Positions 28,951-43,109 of a DNA stretch of 64,000 nucleotides are shown here, piece after piece; position 1 is the stretch's first letter, and every line of letters starts with the position of its first letter. The DNA comes from the human T2T-CHM13v2.0 reference genome, Homo sapiens. The stretch lies in assembly GCF_009914755.1 (NCBI RefSeq), contig NC_060927.1, one strand, 5' to 3'. Below the pieces are notes generated by a model. That model searched no databases. It was not told where the DNA came from and was given only the letters and a program-made list of their open reading frames with translations. Made by a program: the position numbers and the translations under genes.

Positions 28951-29545
28951 TGATGACACAGAATCAAGCCTTGCACATTACTGTTCAATGTAATACCAAC
29001 TTCACCTGGGTCCCCTGGCTATATTTCTTTTCCAGGGCAGAGAAATGGAGAAATGAGCTATGTGAATGAGGTCAAAGACAATGCAAAGTTCTGTAGCTGA
29101 CTGAGACCTAAAGAGAGGCAGTTAGTGCTTCTTCAGCACCACATCTTGAAATATAGTTTCCATTTGCATATGAGAGACAGAAAGAGAGAGAGACAGACAG
29201 ACAGAGAGAGAGGGGGATCTGATCTATGAAATTAGAGTAAGTGTAGACCATGGCAAATGAGCCAGGAGAGCAATGAGAATATGTTTTGGGTTCTGCCACA
29301 CCTGTGAGTAACAAGGAGCCTTTATAAAATGAGGGTTGTCACTCAGAACTGGGCAAACACAAAGGCCAGCACATCATGGCTTCTTTTTTATTATTACTAG
29401 GAAACATTCTAGACATTTAAACAAGTATAGAAAATAATGTAACAAGCATGTATGTGTCTCATACTCAGCTTAAGAAATAAAAGGATAATTTGTTTCCTGT
29501 TTTTTCTCACCCTGATCCTCTTCCTCCATCCCCAAAAGTGACCAT

Positions 29546-29970
29546 TTTGGGGAGGCAGTCCTTCATAGGTTCTTTTGATTTCTGCACATCTTACAGGAAG
29601 GCACCAACTGAAGTTTTTTAAATGCTATCATTTCAAGGATATTTGCATAGCAAACAGCCTCAGAAAGCAAACAATGTCTCCTCGTGGAGTAAAGGAAAGA
29701 CAGACTTACTGCCTGTTATGAAAGACTTGGGTTTTCTAAGCTCAGGGTTCCTCTCCTGTAGTGCAACACCCTGCATATATGTAGGTATCCATCTGGACCC
29801 ATCCATGTCACCTTCATAGTACTTGGGGACCAGAAGAAGTGAAGCTAATGCTGCTTACCCTAATAAGAGTCATTAAATTGTTTGTTTCCAACCCAGGAGA
29901 CTTGTGTCTTCTCCCAGTATCGATGACGCTGTGGCAAAGGGGTAAAGTCTCAGATCCTTCCAAGTTCTTG
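29546..29970 (+). mobile_element. LTR47-like ERVL LTR within an old antisense L1
   Basis: atttctgcacatcttac...tttcaaggatatttgcatagcaaacagcct...tgtttccaacccaggagacttgtgtcttct. Confidence 0.6.
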
Positions 29971-30578
29971 AAATCCATTATTTTAAATTTGATGTTTATC
30001 ATTTCTGAGTATATATATTTTACTGAAGATGTACAAATAAAAATACTGTATTGTTTTCCTTGTTTACAAAGTTAAATAAATGAGAAAATTAAGTATGTTT
30101 CCTTCAGCAACCTGCTCCTCTCAATTTATCTTCTTGAGATTTATCCATACTGATCCACATTTCAGTTCATTTACTTTTAACCACTGTGTAGCATTTCATT
30201 GCATGAATATAATTTATCTCTTCATACTTCTATTATTTAATTTGGTTGTCATTCAGGTTGTTTCCAAATTTTATTGTTGCAACCAATGCTTGCAGTGAAC
30301 ATTCTTGTTTATGACTCCTTGTACATATGCAAGAATTTTCTTGTGCCTAAACTTAGTCATGGAAATGCTTAAATGTAATGTGAACTCATCTTCAACTGTA
30401 GTAGATATTGGCAACTTGCTGACTGAAGTCATTGCACCAACTAACATTTTCATTAGCAATATGCAAATTTCTATTTCTCTACATGTTGCAAACATGGTAT
30501 TGTCAATACCTGTGAGGCTTTACCTTTCTGATGAGTGTAAGTGCTGAATATCTTTTTACAGGTTCTTTGGTCATTCTT

Positions 30579-30895
30579 TTTATTTATTTTTTTTTTTTTT
30601 TATTTTTTGAGACAGGGTTTTCACTCCCATTGCCCAGGCTGCAGTGTAGTGGCCCAATCTGGGCTCACTGCAACCTCTGCATCCTGGGCTCAAACAATGC
30701 TCCTGCCTCAGCCTTCTGAGTGGCTGGGACTACAGGAGCACGCCACTACACCCAGCTAATTTTTGTATTTTTTAAATAGAGACAGAGGTTTTACCATGTT
30801 GCTTAGGCTGGTTTCGAACTCCTGAGCTCAAGGGTTCCACACAACTCAGCCTCCCAAAGTGCTGGGATTACAGGCGTGAGCTACCACACCTGGCC
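30579..30895 (-). mobile_element. Alu (AluJ-like) with TSD
   Basis: Antisense dimer. TSD tggtcattctttttat / tggtcattctgtttat. Confidence 0.93.
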
Positions 30896-33294
30896 TGGTC
30901 ATTCTGTTTATATCCTTAACCCACTTTTTCCATTGGTGGTGGTTTTTTTCTTATGCGTTTTAAGGGTCCTTATATATTCAAGATACTGATATTTTGTCTG
31001 TTTTACATGTACAAACATCCCTAGTCTGTGGCTTGTCTCTTCCCCTCCTGTATGGTGTTTATATAGCTTCTTCATTTCATAGTAGAATAATAGATGATCC
31101 AGAGTTGGGTACAGTGGAGCCAAAGATTCAAAATAGTGATGGCAGCATATTCTGACCAAGCATTGCATGGGGATTGGAGCACAGGCTTGGGTTCTAGTCA
31201 TGATTGTTCCATCGCTGAGTATCCTTGGAGAGGTGCCATCATGTCTATCTCAGGCTCCTCCTCTGTACGTGGGATGGTTGGAGTAGATGGTCTCCCTAAG
31301 CGCCTTCCCAGATGTAAGGTTTTCTAACACTACGAGTGGAGGTCTTATGCATCAAGCAGGCAATGGCAGGACCTATGTGGAAGAGCCCAACTTGTAGGAA
31401 GCCTGTGCTGCTTCCCTGATTCCCCCTGGGGGTAATCACGTTGTCCTCTGTGTACCCACAGTACTTGCTCAAATTGCTACCATCATACTCATCACATTAT
31501 GCAGTTATTGGTGCTTTTTCCATTTGTCTTTCTGACTAGATTGCGAGCCTCCTCGAGGGCACAGTTGCCTTTAGAATATCCCCAGCACCTCCCACAGCTC
31601 CTGACTCAGGGCAAATCCTCAGTAAATGTTTGATGGATGAGAGTGGGAGCATGGGAAAGATGGGAGGGAGGGAGCGAGGAGGAGCTGTAGAGGTACACCC
31701 AGCGAACACAACCAAACACAGCACAGTTACTCAAACAGTTAAACATTTGAAAAAAGGACCATCAGCAGATACTGTTGTAGCTGTTTTACAAGTGGAGTCA
31801 GTTTTCCAAGATCATACGGGAAAACAGTGGTGTATTGAATAATGGAAATCAATAATCTCTGATTCTTAATCTAATATTCCAAATAATAGAGGCTATAGTC
31901 TCATTATTTTAGCAAAAATAAACTAGATTTTTGAATTGAATTCATTTCCATTCTTTTATGGAACAGAAATATATTCCTTATAATTTTGAACCTTTCCCTA
32001 CTGACATGCTGAAAGATTGAAAAGAGAGTCTCTAAGCTTTAAGACCTTTCATAACTGTGATCTATATAATATCAGAGATGGAAGTACTTAAATAAATCTC
32101 TCTTAGCTAGCTATAATTCAATTTCCTGCTTGTAGTAAACACAGGAAACAGACAAGATTTATGCAATAAAAGTGTTCTTGTTGTCATGACAACAGGAAAA
32201 AGCAACAAGAGGAAAAATCTTAGCTCTTAGGAATGGCCTTTCACAAGGTGTCAGGGCCCATTAAGCATGGTCAATACCCTGTCCTTCATTTAGTTTTGCC
32301 TTTACACAGCTTTCTTCGCTGCTGCAAATGTGATCCAATTTTCTCAGCTGCATATTAGCCTCAGGAAAGGCAAAGCAAATTTTGATCAGGGCTCTTTATC
32401 CTTTCCTGGGGGTAATCCACTATCTGTTCATCTTGAAAAACTGCCCAATGTCTTCTATCTCCTACTCTAATATATTTTTCGCAATTTATTATGCCAGTAT
32501 CTCTGAGTTTGTTTTTATTATGACTAGTAAGAACATTATTAAATAATACAAAGGTAAGTGGATTGCGAAAGCCAGGCCAGGAATAAAATGAGGATGTGGA
32601 GATGAACAGTGAAGTGGGGTAATCATGGCAGTGATACATCTGTTCTGCCAGCCCAGTGTCAGCCTCAAGAAACACCAGCTTCCAGACCAACTCTAACATT
32701 AGTGATCTCATGGATGTACATCTCAGAATAATGGGCAGTTGGCGAGTTGCTGACAAATGGAGTTATCCATTAGATGGTTTCTTTGGAACTATCCTTCCCA
32801 AAGTCTAGTCCCCATCCATGTACATCAGAATCCCCCAGCAGCTTGCTAAAAATTTATATTTTTAAGTTCTATTCTTGATCTGCCAAGTCAGAAACGCTGG
32901 GGGTTGACTTGAGGGATTTGCTTTGCTAAAAAGCACACTAAAATTTGAAAATCTTTGCCTTAGATCAAAGTGTGAAAAAAAGATGGAAGGAAATCCCATC
33001 TGACATTAAGTACTTAAGAAGGGAGGAGGAGGTTGCATCTTAGGTGAAAAAAGGGAGGCAGACAAACTCCTTAGGTTTTATCTCAGTTCTGACTGCTATA
33101 GCTTTTAAGCCAGACCAAAGTGTGCTCTAAAAACACATGCTATATAATGCTGGTGAGTGTCTGTATTACAGCCTCAAAAGTGAGTCTGCTTCTAAGCTAA
33201 TGCATTCTGCCAGGCACCAAGGATGCCAAAGATGAAGTCTGCAGCTTCCTAGAAGAGCCAGGCAGGTAAACTAGCAGTTTAAATATCATGTGGT

Positions 33295-34035
33295 CCACAA
33301 TGAGATGCAACTTTACACCCACTAGGATGGCTATATTCAAAAAAAAAAGATAGTGACAAGTGTTGGCAAGGATGTAGAGAAACTGGAGCCCTTATATATT
33401 GCTTGCTAGGTAAATTACTGGAATGTAAAATGATGTAACTCTTTGGAAAACATTTTGGTAGTTCCACAAAAAGTGAAACATAGAGTTACCATGTCTCCCA
33501 GCAATTCTACTCATAGGCATATGCCCAAAAGAATTGAAAATATACATTCATACAAAAATTTGTATACAAATGTTCACAGCAACATTGTTTATAATAGCTA
33601 AAAAGTTAAAACAACCCAAATGTCCATCAACTGAAGAATGGATAAACAGGATGTGGTATGTGCATGCAATGTAATATTATTTAGTAATAAAAAGGAATGA
33701 AGTACTGATACATGCTACAACATGAATGAACCTTCAAAACATTATGCTAAGGAAATAAGCTGGATAGAGAAGGATACATTATTCCATTTATTTGAAATAT
33801 AGGCAAATCCATAAAGACAGAAATAAGGTTAGTGGTTTCCAGGGACTGGGGGAAGGAAGGAATGAGGAGTGACTGCCAATGAGTACAGGTTTCTTTTCGG
33901 GGTGAGAAAAATATTAGAATTAGACATTGGTGATGGTCCCACAACTTGGTGAATATATTAAAAACTACTGAATTATGCACTTTAAAAGAATGAATTGTGT
34001 GATGTATGAATTATATTTCAATTTAAGTGATAAAA
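33295..34035 (+). mobile_element. L1MB-type 3' fragment
   Basis: ccacaatgagat...cacccactaggatggct...caacccaaatgtccatcaactga...aggaatgaagtactgatacatgctacaacatg...ttgtgtgatgtatgaattatatttcaat. Confidence 0.9.
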
Positions 34036-35064
34036 GAAATGGCCAAGAAAAAGTAATAAAGTTGACTACATTTTTAGGTTGCTATATGTGGTAGAGATAC
34101 CATATAGAGGTAATCAGAGGCCACACAGCACACCCGCAAAAGGGAGGGACACCACTTATTTAGTGGGGTAGGAAAATGTTAGGGAAGACTTCCCAAAGGA
34201 AGACTTTAAGAATGAGCAAGATATCCAAGGCCAGTCAACACTGGGGACATAACCCTTTTGAGAAACAGTAATTGGACATGACAAGACAGTGGATCTGTTG
34301 GTAGGCAAAGAAACTAGAGACGAAGGCACAGAAGACATCAAGAAGAGGCTTGAGGGATTCAACTCCGTGGAGAAAAGGCGAACTTTTAAGTAAGTGATGT
34401 TGGGATAACTGGAGAGCCAAATGAAGCAAAGACAAAATTGCAATCACTCCTTATACCACATATGAGTATTGATTGCAAACGGATTAGAGGTTTAAATAAT
34501 TTTTTTAGGATGAAACCATAAAATACTAAAAGAAAATAGGAGCAAATTCTTCAGTAACCAGGAATGGTGAAAACTTCCTTGACTATGACTCAAAATTCAG
34601 GAAAAAGATTGAGAAATTTGACGACTTGAGTCTAATGAAGCCTCTAGATCTAACTACCAGTTTGCAGGCAATACAGGAGATCAACAAAACCTGTTCAATG
34701 ACACTGCGGGGTGCAATCCGTAAAATCCGGAACGTGGGTTCTTCTACAGATTTGTATTGCTGTTTTGTGAGCTGCTTTCTTTAACAAACAAGTGTTCCCA
34801 AAAAGGAGAGAGAAGTACCCTTTACATTAAAAGAGACTCAAAAGACATATGAACCAAATACAATGTATGGGTCTTGTTTGTGCCCAATTTTTTTTAACTG
34901 GAAAAAAATTTTGAAACAATTGAAAAAATTCAAACACTATGTGGATGTTAGTAATTTTTAGGATTATTAATTTTATCAAGTGGCATAATGGTGTTGTATT
35001 TAAGTTCAAAAGAGAAGGCTTCGTGACTTAGAGATATAGACTGAACTGTGGTGCAGATAAATGA

Positions 35065-35390
<326 letters not shown>

Positions 35391-36400
35391 TGGTGTGTAC
35401 TTTCAAATAATCCAGTGGTGGGGGTGTATGGGAAATAGGAGGTATAAATGAAATAAAATACATTTGTTAACAATTATTAAAACTGGATGATAAGTACATG
35501 AGCACTCATTATATTATTCTTGTTACTTTGGGGTAAATCTGAAAATTCTTCAGAGCCACTGAAGGCTTTTTCAACAGGGGAATGAGGAATGACAGATGAA
35601 ACTGCCCTTCTAGCAAGTACAGCCCTGGAGTCGGAAGACTAGACAGCGGGCTGCCAAGGAGGGTCACTGTGATGCAGGACTGAGCTATGAGAGTGTCACT
35701 GGGGGCGGAGGGGAGGATCTGGGTGTGAACAGTATTAAGGAGATAGAAGCAAAGGAGCTAAAGAAGCAGGAATCAAGGATGAATCTCCAGTTTCAGGCTT
35801 ACATGAATGGCTGCATGGTGGGGCCATTCAACATTCAAGGGAATTCAGAAGAAATTAAAGTTAGGAGTGAAGGGAGTGATCAATTCCATTTCAGACGCTT
35901 TGAGTGTGAGGTGCCTGTGGAAGACTCAGAGCTCGAGAAAGAGATCTCGCTAGAGATATGGTGGCAATTTTCAGCTGCAGCATAATTTCCATGGAAACAT
36001 GTAGAGTGTAGGCACAAGAAAACTCTCCCTTCAGGGCAAGCACTTCCTATCAAATTAGTAAGTTACTCTTGGGCTATTTTAACATTTAAAAAGCAATGCA
36101 GTGGCTTAAGGAAAATGATATGAGAACCAAATGGCAATATATGACATCTATGCTATTCTGTTTCCTCCTAATTTCCATTTTGAATGTGCGATAGATCATT
36201 AGGGCTTAATTGCAGGATTTTCTTGTTTCATTTTCTTTCTCCTAATAAAGAAGTTTTCAAGAGAATACTAAGGCATTAGAAAAACAAAATCTCATGTGGA
36301 AGATTAAATTTTGTTGTTGTTGTTGTTGTTGCTTTTACCCTATCTCTCTTCTATTTTGTTCTCTTACATGTTGCCTATGGTATTATAAGAATTGAAAGAA

Positions 36401-36710
<310 letters not shown>

Positions 36711-37467
36711 ACCAACACTATCTAAATCCAAAGTTACATTCACTTTCCTGTCTTTAAAATAACCATAATAGGGTTAAATTATTGGGTTGATATGTGTGTA
36801 TTCAGAAAGACCCATAGTGTTACTGATATAAAAAAGCATTTTGTGTCAAGGATTGATTTATACCTTAGAGCAAGGGAAAGAGAAGATTACTCAGCCCTGT
36901 GATGTCTGTTCTGGGGAAGCGTCATGATTTATTGTTGGTGGGAACATCAGGCCATCTGTTAGGCTTTAATAAAATGTGGTCATAACATTTTGATTTGAAA
37001 CACAGAATGATTTACCAACCCAAAATTGAAGTTTTTCAGCAATTGAAGTTCTCATGGGATTTGTTTTTGAGGGAGGGTGGCTTTGTGTGTGTTGTTTTAT
37101 TTTTAGATATTTGTATCTTTAGCATTTATATTCAAATAAGAAGAAAAGCACATCCGTATCCTTCTTTTTCTGTTCTGGGTTCATTCTCAAAATCTTGTGT
37201 TGCCTGCTCCGTTCAAACTCCTCAGCTTGCTGTTTGAAGACTTTATAATTTGGTCTCATCTAAAATTAACTGAATCAGAATTTTGGCAGGTTGGATTTAG
37301 GCATCATTTTAAAAAATTCTCCCCACGCAATTTCAATGTGCAATCAAGGTTGAGACCCACTCTGGTTACAATATGAATGAGGAGAAACAACTGGGGCATT
37401 TGGATTACCTATCATGAGAAGCAAATATCAGAAATTAAAGTGTTTCTGAGCCTCACATGGCAACTAT

Positions 37468-37482
37468 GGTGTGTGTGTTTGT

Positions 37483-37520
<38 letters not shown>

Positions 37521-37530
37521 ATGTGTGCAT
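37468..37530. repeat. Imperfect (GT)n microsatellite upstream of the exon 2 acceptor
   Basis: Directly visible. Confidence 0.93.
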
Positions 37531-37570
37531 GTGCACGTTTTGCATTACCTCTTTCTACCCTGCCATGCAG

Positions 37571-37692
37571 GTGACAGCCGTGAGGGTGTATGTGAACAGT
37601 TCCTCTGAGAATCTCAACTACCCGGTCCTTGTTGTGGTTCGCCAGCAGAAAGAGGTGCTGTCCTGGCAGGTTCCTCTGCTCTTCCAAGGACT
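37571..37692 (+). CDS. SIDT1: SIDT1 coding exon 2 (122 nt)
   Basis: Acceptor ccatgcag|GTG. Encodes VTAVRVYVNSSSENLNYPVLVVVRQQKEVLSWQVPLLFQGL. Donor CT|gtaagt. Frame continuous with exon 1. Confidence 0.96.
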
Positions 37693-38690
37693 GTAAGTGG
37701 GTTTTCTTCCAGGCAACTTCACTATGTTTAGTTTTCTTCAATGTCCTAGAACTTAATTGGTCTTTTCCCTATTGAAAGGAAAAATCAGACATTTGGAATG
37801 TCAAGACATTCTGCATACGGGGTGCAAATAATGATCATGGTGCATGCCCTGACCTGTTCGCTCTGTTCAATTATTAGATGAGCACTCTACCTAGATTGGC
37901 CACACCTAGAAGAGCTTTTACCATTTTAAAAACATACCGTGATCCTCTGTAGCTTTGGGGTACTGGGTCAACCAATAGCCCTCCAATGGGCTATGTCTAG
38001 CAGTTAACATAAGTGAGTAACTCTTCCCTTGTTCTTCAAAATGCCCATCGTGTGTTTGCATTCTTCATTCAATAATATTTATTGAGCCCTATTAAGTGTT
38101 GGGTGCTGGAGACACAGCAGTGGAAAAACAACAAAGTGCCTGCCCTCCTCGAGTTTCTATTTTTTCAGGGGAGAAGTGTATAAGATACTACTGCACTAAT
38201 AAAAAAAACTTGGAAGGCATGCAAAATGGACACATAACATTCTTTTTAAAGGTTGAAGAACTCGAGGACTGAAATACTAACTCTGTTAGCTTTGACTTGG
38301 ACTCAGGGCTTTCTTTACTCTCTACTTTAGCAGTAGCTTGAAGAGATGAAAATGGAATCAGCTGGTTGTTTTATCATGACAGTTTCCCCATCAAATTGGA
38401 TATTTATTCCTCATTGAATTAGGAGAATGGCTTAGCGTAATGTAGATACCGCTTAAGTGAACTAGTCAGCACAGAACAGTCCTCACATCCCTGTTATTAT
38501 ATCATACAACCCAATGCCAACAACACTAGTTCTAAAATTACTATTGATAGTTCCAGTCTAAAATTCAAAACATAAGGACCTGAAAATGAATTTGGAGAGA
38601 AGCAAAATGAGATAGGCTCCTTTCCCTGCTCATTCACTGAGTCCCTTTCTTGTCCTTGTTTATTTTTTTCCCCTATATTGGCTGCTTCAG

Positions 38691-38861
38691 ATACCAGAGG
38701 AGCTACAACTATCAAGAAGTGAGCCGCACCTTATGTCCCTCAGAAGCAACCAATGAGACGGGACCCTTGCAGCAACTGATATTTGTAGATGTCGCATCCA
38801 TGGCACCCCTGGGTGCTCAGTACAAACTGCTAGTTACCAAGCTGAAGCACTTCCAGCTCCG
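38691..38861 (+). CDS. SIDT1: SIDT1 coding exon 3 (171 nt)
   Basis: Acceptor gcttcag|A. Encodes YQRSYNYQEVSRTLCPSEATNETGPLQQLIFVDVASMAPLGAQYKLLVTKLKHFQLR. Donor CG|gtaagc. Confidence 0.96.
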
Positions 38862-39464
38862 GTAAGCGGGACTTTCTCTGTTTACCTGTCTGTGTTTCCT
38901 GTGCTTGTGGATGCTCAATTCATCTTCCATCCTTACAGACTGGTACTCTGGAAGGAAATTATCCACTTAGCATATGATTTTAGCACTTCCTGAACTCTCC
39001 TGCCCATAACTGAGCAGCAGGGCCTTAATCTATACAAAAGAGTGGGAGTGCAGAAGGTAAGAGTGGTTGACCTCACAGGTGAATCTGTTTTCAGGGATCA
39101 GTGTGAGGAACCTGTCCAGCCTGAAGTATAGGCAAGAATGACTGGTGACTAAATACTTTTGTATTCCCAACCAGTGCCACACTCTTGAAGGAAGTTTTAT
39201 TTTAGTTCTAGGGAAGACATTAAGCTATTTTTCTTGTCCTTATTATTACTCCTGTTTTCTCCTTCCAGGTTAGTAACATAGGTAGGAATGTGGCTTTGTC
39301 CTTTCTTGGTGTGACTAGTATTATTTTCCCCCTGTTTTTAAAAAACTAAAATAAACAGGCAAGCTCATCAAAAAAATAATCATGAGATTTGGACACTTCA
39401 CTAAAGAAGCTACCCAAATAGTCAAAAAAACACAACCTCATTAGCTATAAGAAATGTAAATTAA

Positions 39465-39819
<355 letters not shown>

Positions 39820-40002
39820 TTACAACTACCAAATTGCTATAATTTGAAAGGCCTACATTCCACTCCTTTGATGTATACCCAACTCCTAGATATCTCATTG
39901 TGGTATTCATTCAGTGGGATACTACACAAAAATAACAATGAACAAACTATTGCTATACCCAACAACATGGATACATCTCACAATGTTGAGAAAAAGAAGC
40001 CA

Positions 40003-40310
40003 GGCCAGGTGCGGTGGCTCACGCCTGTGATCCCAGCACTTTGGGAGGCCACAGCAGGTGGATCACCTGAGGTCAGGAGAGCGAGACCAGCCTGACCAAC
40101 ATGGTGAAACCCCTCTGTGCTAGAAATACAAAAAAAAAAAATTAGCTGGGCATGGTGGCAGGCGCCTGTTGTCCCAGCTAATCCGGAGGCTGAGGCAGGA
40201 GAATGCTTGAGCCTGGGAGGTGGAGGTTGCAGTGAGCCGAGATCATGCCAATGCACTCCAGCCTGGGTGAAGGAGTGAGACTCCCTCTCAAAAAAAAAAA
40301 AAAAAAAAAA
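40003..40310 (+). mobile_element. Alu (AluS-like)
   Basis: Sense dimer with long A tail. TSD-like gaagcca. Confidence 0.94.
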
Positions 40311-41063
40311 GGAAGCCAGACAAAAGAAATGTATGCTATTTTATTCCATTTATATAAAATTTAAAGGCAGGCAAAACTATTCTGTGATGCTGGAAGTCAG
40401 AATAGTGGTACCTTTGGGGAGGAGAGAAGTACATGGCTATGTTTGACGATAATTTATTCAAATATATGCTTATAACTGCACACTTTTCTATAATACATGT
40501 TTGTTATATTTCAATTAAAAAGTTAATTTTTTAAAAAATCGGAATATTTCAAAATCGTATATGTCACTGTTTTGCAGCTTATTTTTCTGATCAGAAAGTT
40601 TGGTTCTACAGTAAAGTTCTCCTTAAATTTAAGGCAGTTTATAAAAACATCTGTAGCCAGTAGAGTTGCTAATAGGACTCAAATATTTATCTTGGTCCTC
40701 TCTACCCTCCTTGACATAGTGTTATACCCATACGGAAACGTGGACAGATAAATGAATGAGTGGTCAGAAGGATGGAGAAGGAGTCACAGCATTTTTTCTC
40801 AAGTCCCTCCATTAATCCTGGTGTTGAAAAAGGTGACATGATAATTTTAAGAGCAAAGGACACTCTATCCTCCACAAGAACAAGGAGAAAAAGATTCTCT
40901 GGTGAATAAGATCCACCCAGAGCAATTAAATCAGAGGCTGTAGGGGAGAGGTTTGGGCACTGGTAAAGTGTTTAAAGTTCCCCAGGTGTTTCTAACATGC
41001 AGCCAGTGTTGCGAACCACTACCCTAAAATGATTTCTAAATATGGTGCTTCAGTTTAATTTAA

Positions 41064-41368
<305 letters not shown>

Positions 41369-41403
41369 TAAAAATCTACTTGTGATATTTATCCATATGG
41401 GAA

Positions 41404-41439
41404 TACACATTTGATGGGAGTTACACATTTGATGGGAGT
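41404..41439. repeat. Perfect 18-bp tandem duplication
   Basis: tacacatttgatgggagt twice in a row. Confidence 0.92.
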
Positions 41440-41999
41440 GATAACGTGTTACAGTACTTGCACAGAGTGCAGTTTGAACTGCAGAGAAGCCTTGCCTTTA
41501 TCAACTGATCTCTGTCTTTAATCAATCAATCAAGTGTCACCTGGTAGCAGTGGCAGTGTCACTTGGTGGTAGCATATTTGAATTGTAGGAATGGTCTTCT
41601 GTAAGGTTATTAGAACCTTTTGAGAACTGAATTCTGTGAAAATAAAGTCATAAGGTCACAACTGTAGCGAGTGTTAATGAATTATTTGCACGCTGGTGAA
41701 ACTGCAAATCTATTCCCTCATGTTGCTTTCTGTTTTTACCTCATAATATGACTTAGCCTCAGCAACCAGACTTTAAGAGCATTTCAAAATCACTATTTAC
41801 ACACCAGCCTTGCTGGTAACCTGGAACCAGAGGATGATGGTAATGAGGAAGAGCTGAGGATTGTGATGAGAACTGGGCTCAGGCATTGAGAGAAACACTG
41901 AAGAAGTAATTCGAAATCTCTAAGATTGAAGTTTCTATTGTATGTTTTTGAGTGGCAGCCTATAATGTATATGGAACACATTTTGGGAACTTTTTTCCC

Positions 42000-42185
42000 C
42001 TAGAATCATACATTTTAAGAACTGAAGGATCTTTGGGAATCTAATCCACCTGCCTCATTTTTACAGATGAGCAAACTGATGCCCAGAGAAGTTAAGTGAC
42101 TTGTTCAAATTCACACAGCTAGGAAAGGGCAAAATCAAGACTAAATTGTACTTCTGACTCCCAGTTCTGCGCTCTTCTCGCCATA
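42000..42185 (-). mobile_element. MIR
   Basis: ctcattttttacagatgagcaaactgatgcccagagaagttaagtgacttg...cacacagctag core. Confidence 0.8.
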
Positions 42186-42291
42186 ATGAACTATTTCTAC
42201 TTTCTAGTTAAAACTGTCCTCCCAATTGTTTGTGTTTCTCTAAATATGTCTCTCAATTCCATGAAACATTTATTTAAATCCAACTTTACTA

Positions 42292-42575
42292 GCAGAGCAC
42301 AGTGGCTCCCGCCTGTAATTCCAGCTACTCAGGAGGCTGAGGCAGGAGGATGACTTAAGGCCAGGAGTTCAAGACTGGCCTAGGCAACATAGTCTCTAAA
42401 AAAATAAAAACCAAAAAAATTAGCCAGACATGATGGTGTGTGCCTGTAGATCCAGTTACTCAGGAGGTTGAGGCAAGAGGACTGATTGAGCCCAGGAGTT
42501 TGTGCTGCTGTGAGCCATGATTGTGCCACTGCACTCTAGGCTGAGCAACAAAATGAGACCCCATCTCTGCAAAAT
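42292..42575 (+). mobile_element. Alu (AluJ-like)
   Basis: Diverged sense dimer with ttgagcccaggagtt. Confidence 0.88.
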
Positions 42576-42638
42576 TCCTTTAAAATTGAAACAACTCTAC
42601 TTTAAAGCATTGCTTGGTGCCATCTACCTATCCTCTGC

Positions 42639-42663
42639 ACACACACACACACACACACACACA
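42639..42663. repeat. (CA)n microsatellite
   Basis: Directly visible. Confidence 0.95.
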
Positions 42664-42822
42664 TAAACTGTGCCACTACTCTTTTTCTACACTCCAGTGC
42701 CCAGGTGTTTAGTATTGCTAGAGTGTGAAATTGCAGGCAGGCAACAGCAGATGGCTACAGAAACAGGCAAGCCTGTGATCATGGCATAGGAGGATCTTAA
42801 GAAGGGGCATTAGGAAATTTAA

Positions 42823-43105
42823 ACGTCTGTAATCCCAGCACTTTGGGAGACCAAGGCGGGCAGATCACCTGAGGTCAGGAGTTCAAGACAAACCTGGCCA
42901 ATATGGTGAAACTCCGTCTCTACTAAAAAATTCAAAAACTAGCTGGGCATGGTGGTGCACACCTGTAATCCCAGCTACCTGGGGGGCTGAGGCAGGAGAA
43001 TCACTTGAACCCAGGAGGCAGAGGTTTCAGTGAGCTGAGATTGCACCACTGTACTCCAGCCTGGGCCATAGAGCAAGACTCCGTCTCACACACACACAAA
43101 AAAAA
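42823..43105 (+). mobile_element. Alu (AluS-like), slightly 5'-truncated
   Basis: Starts at acgtctgtaatcccagc and has a CA/A tail. Confidence 0.92.
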
Positions 43106-43109
43106 TTAA

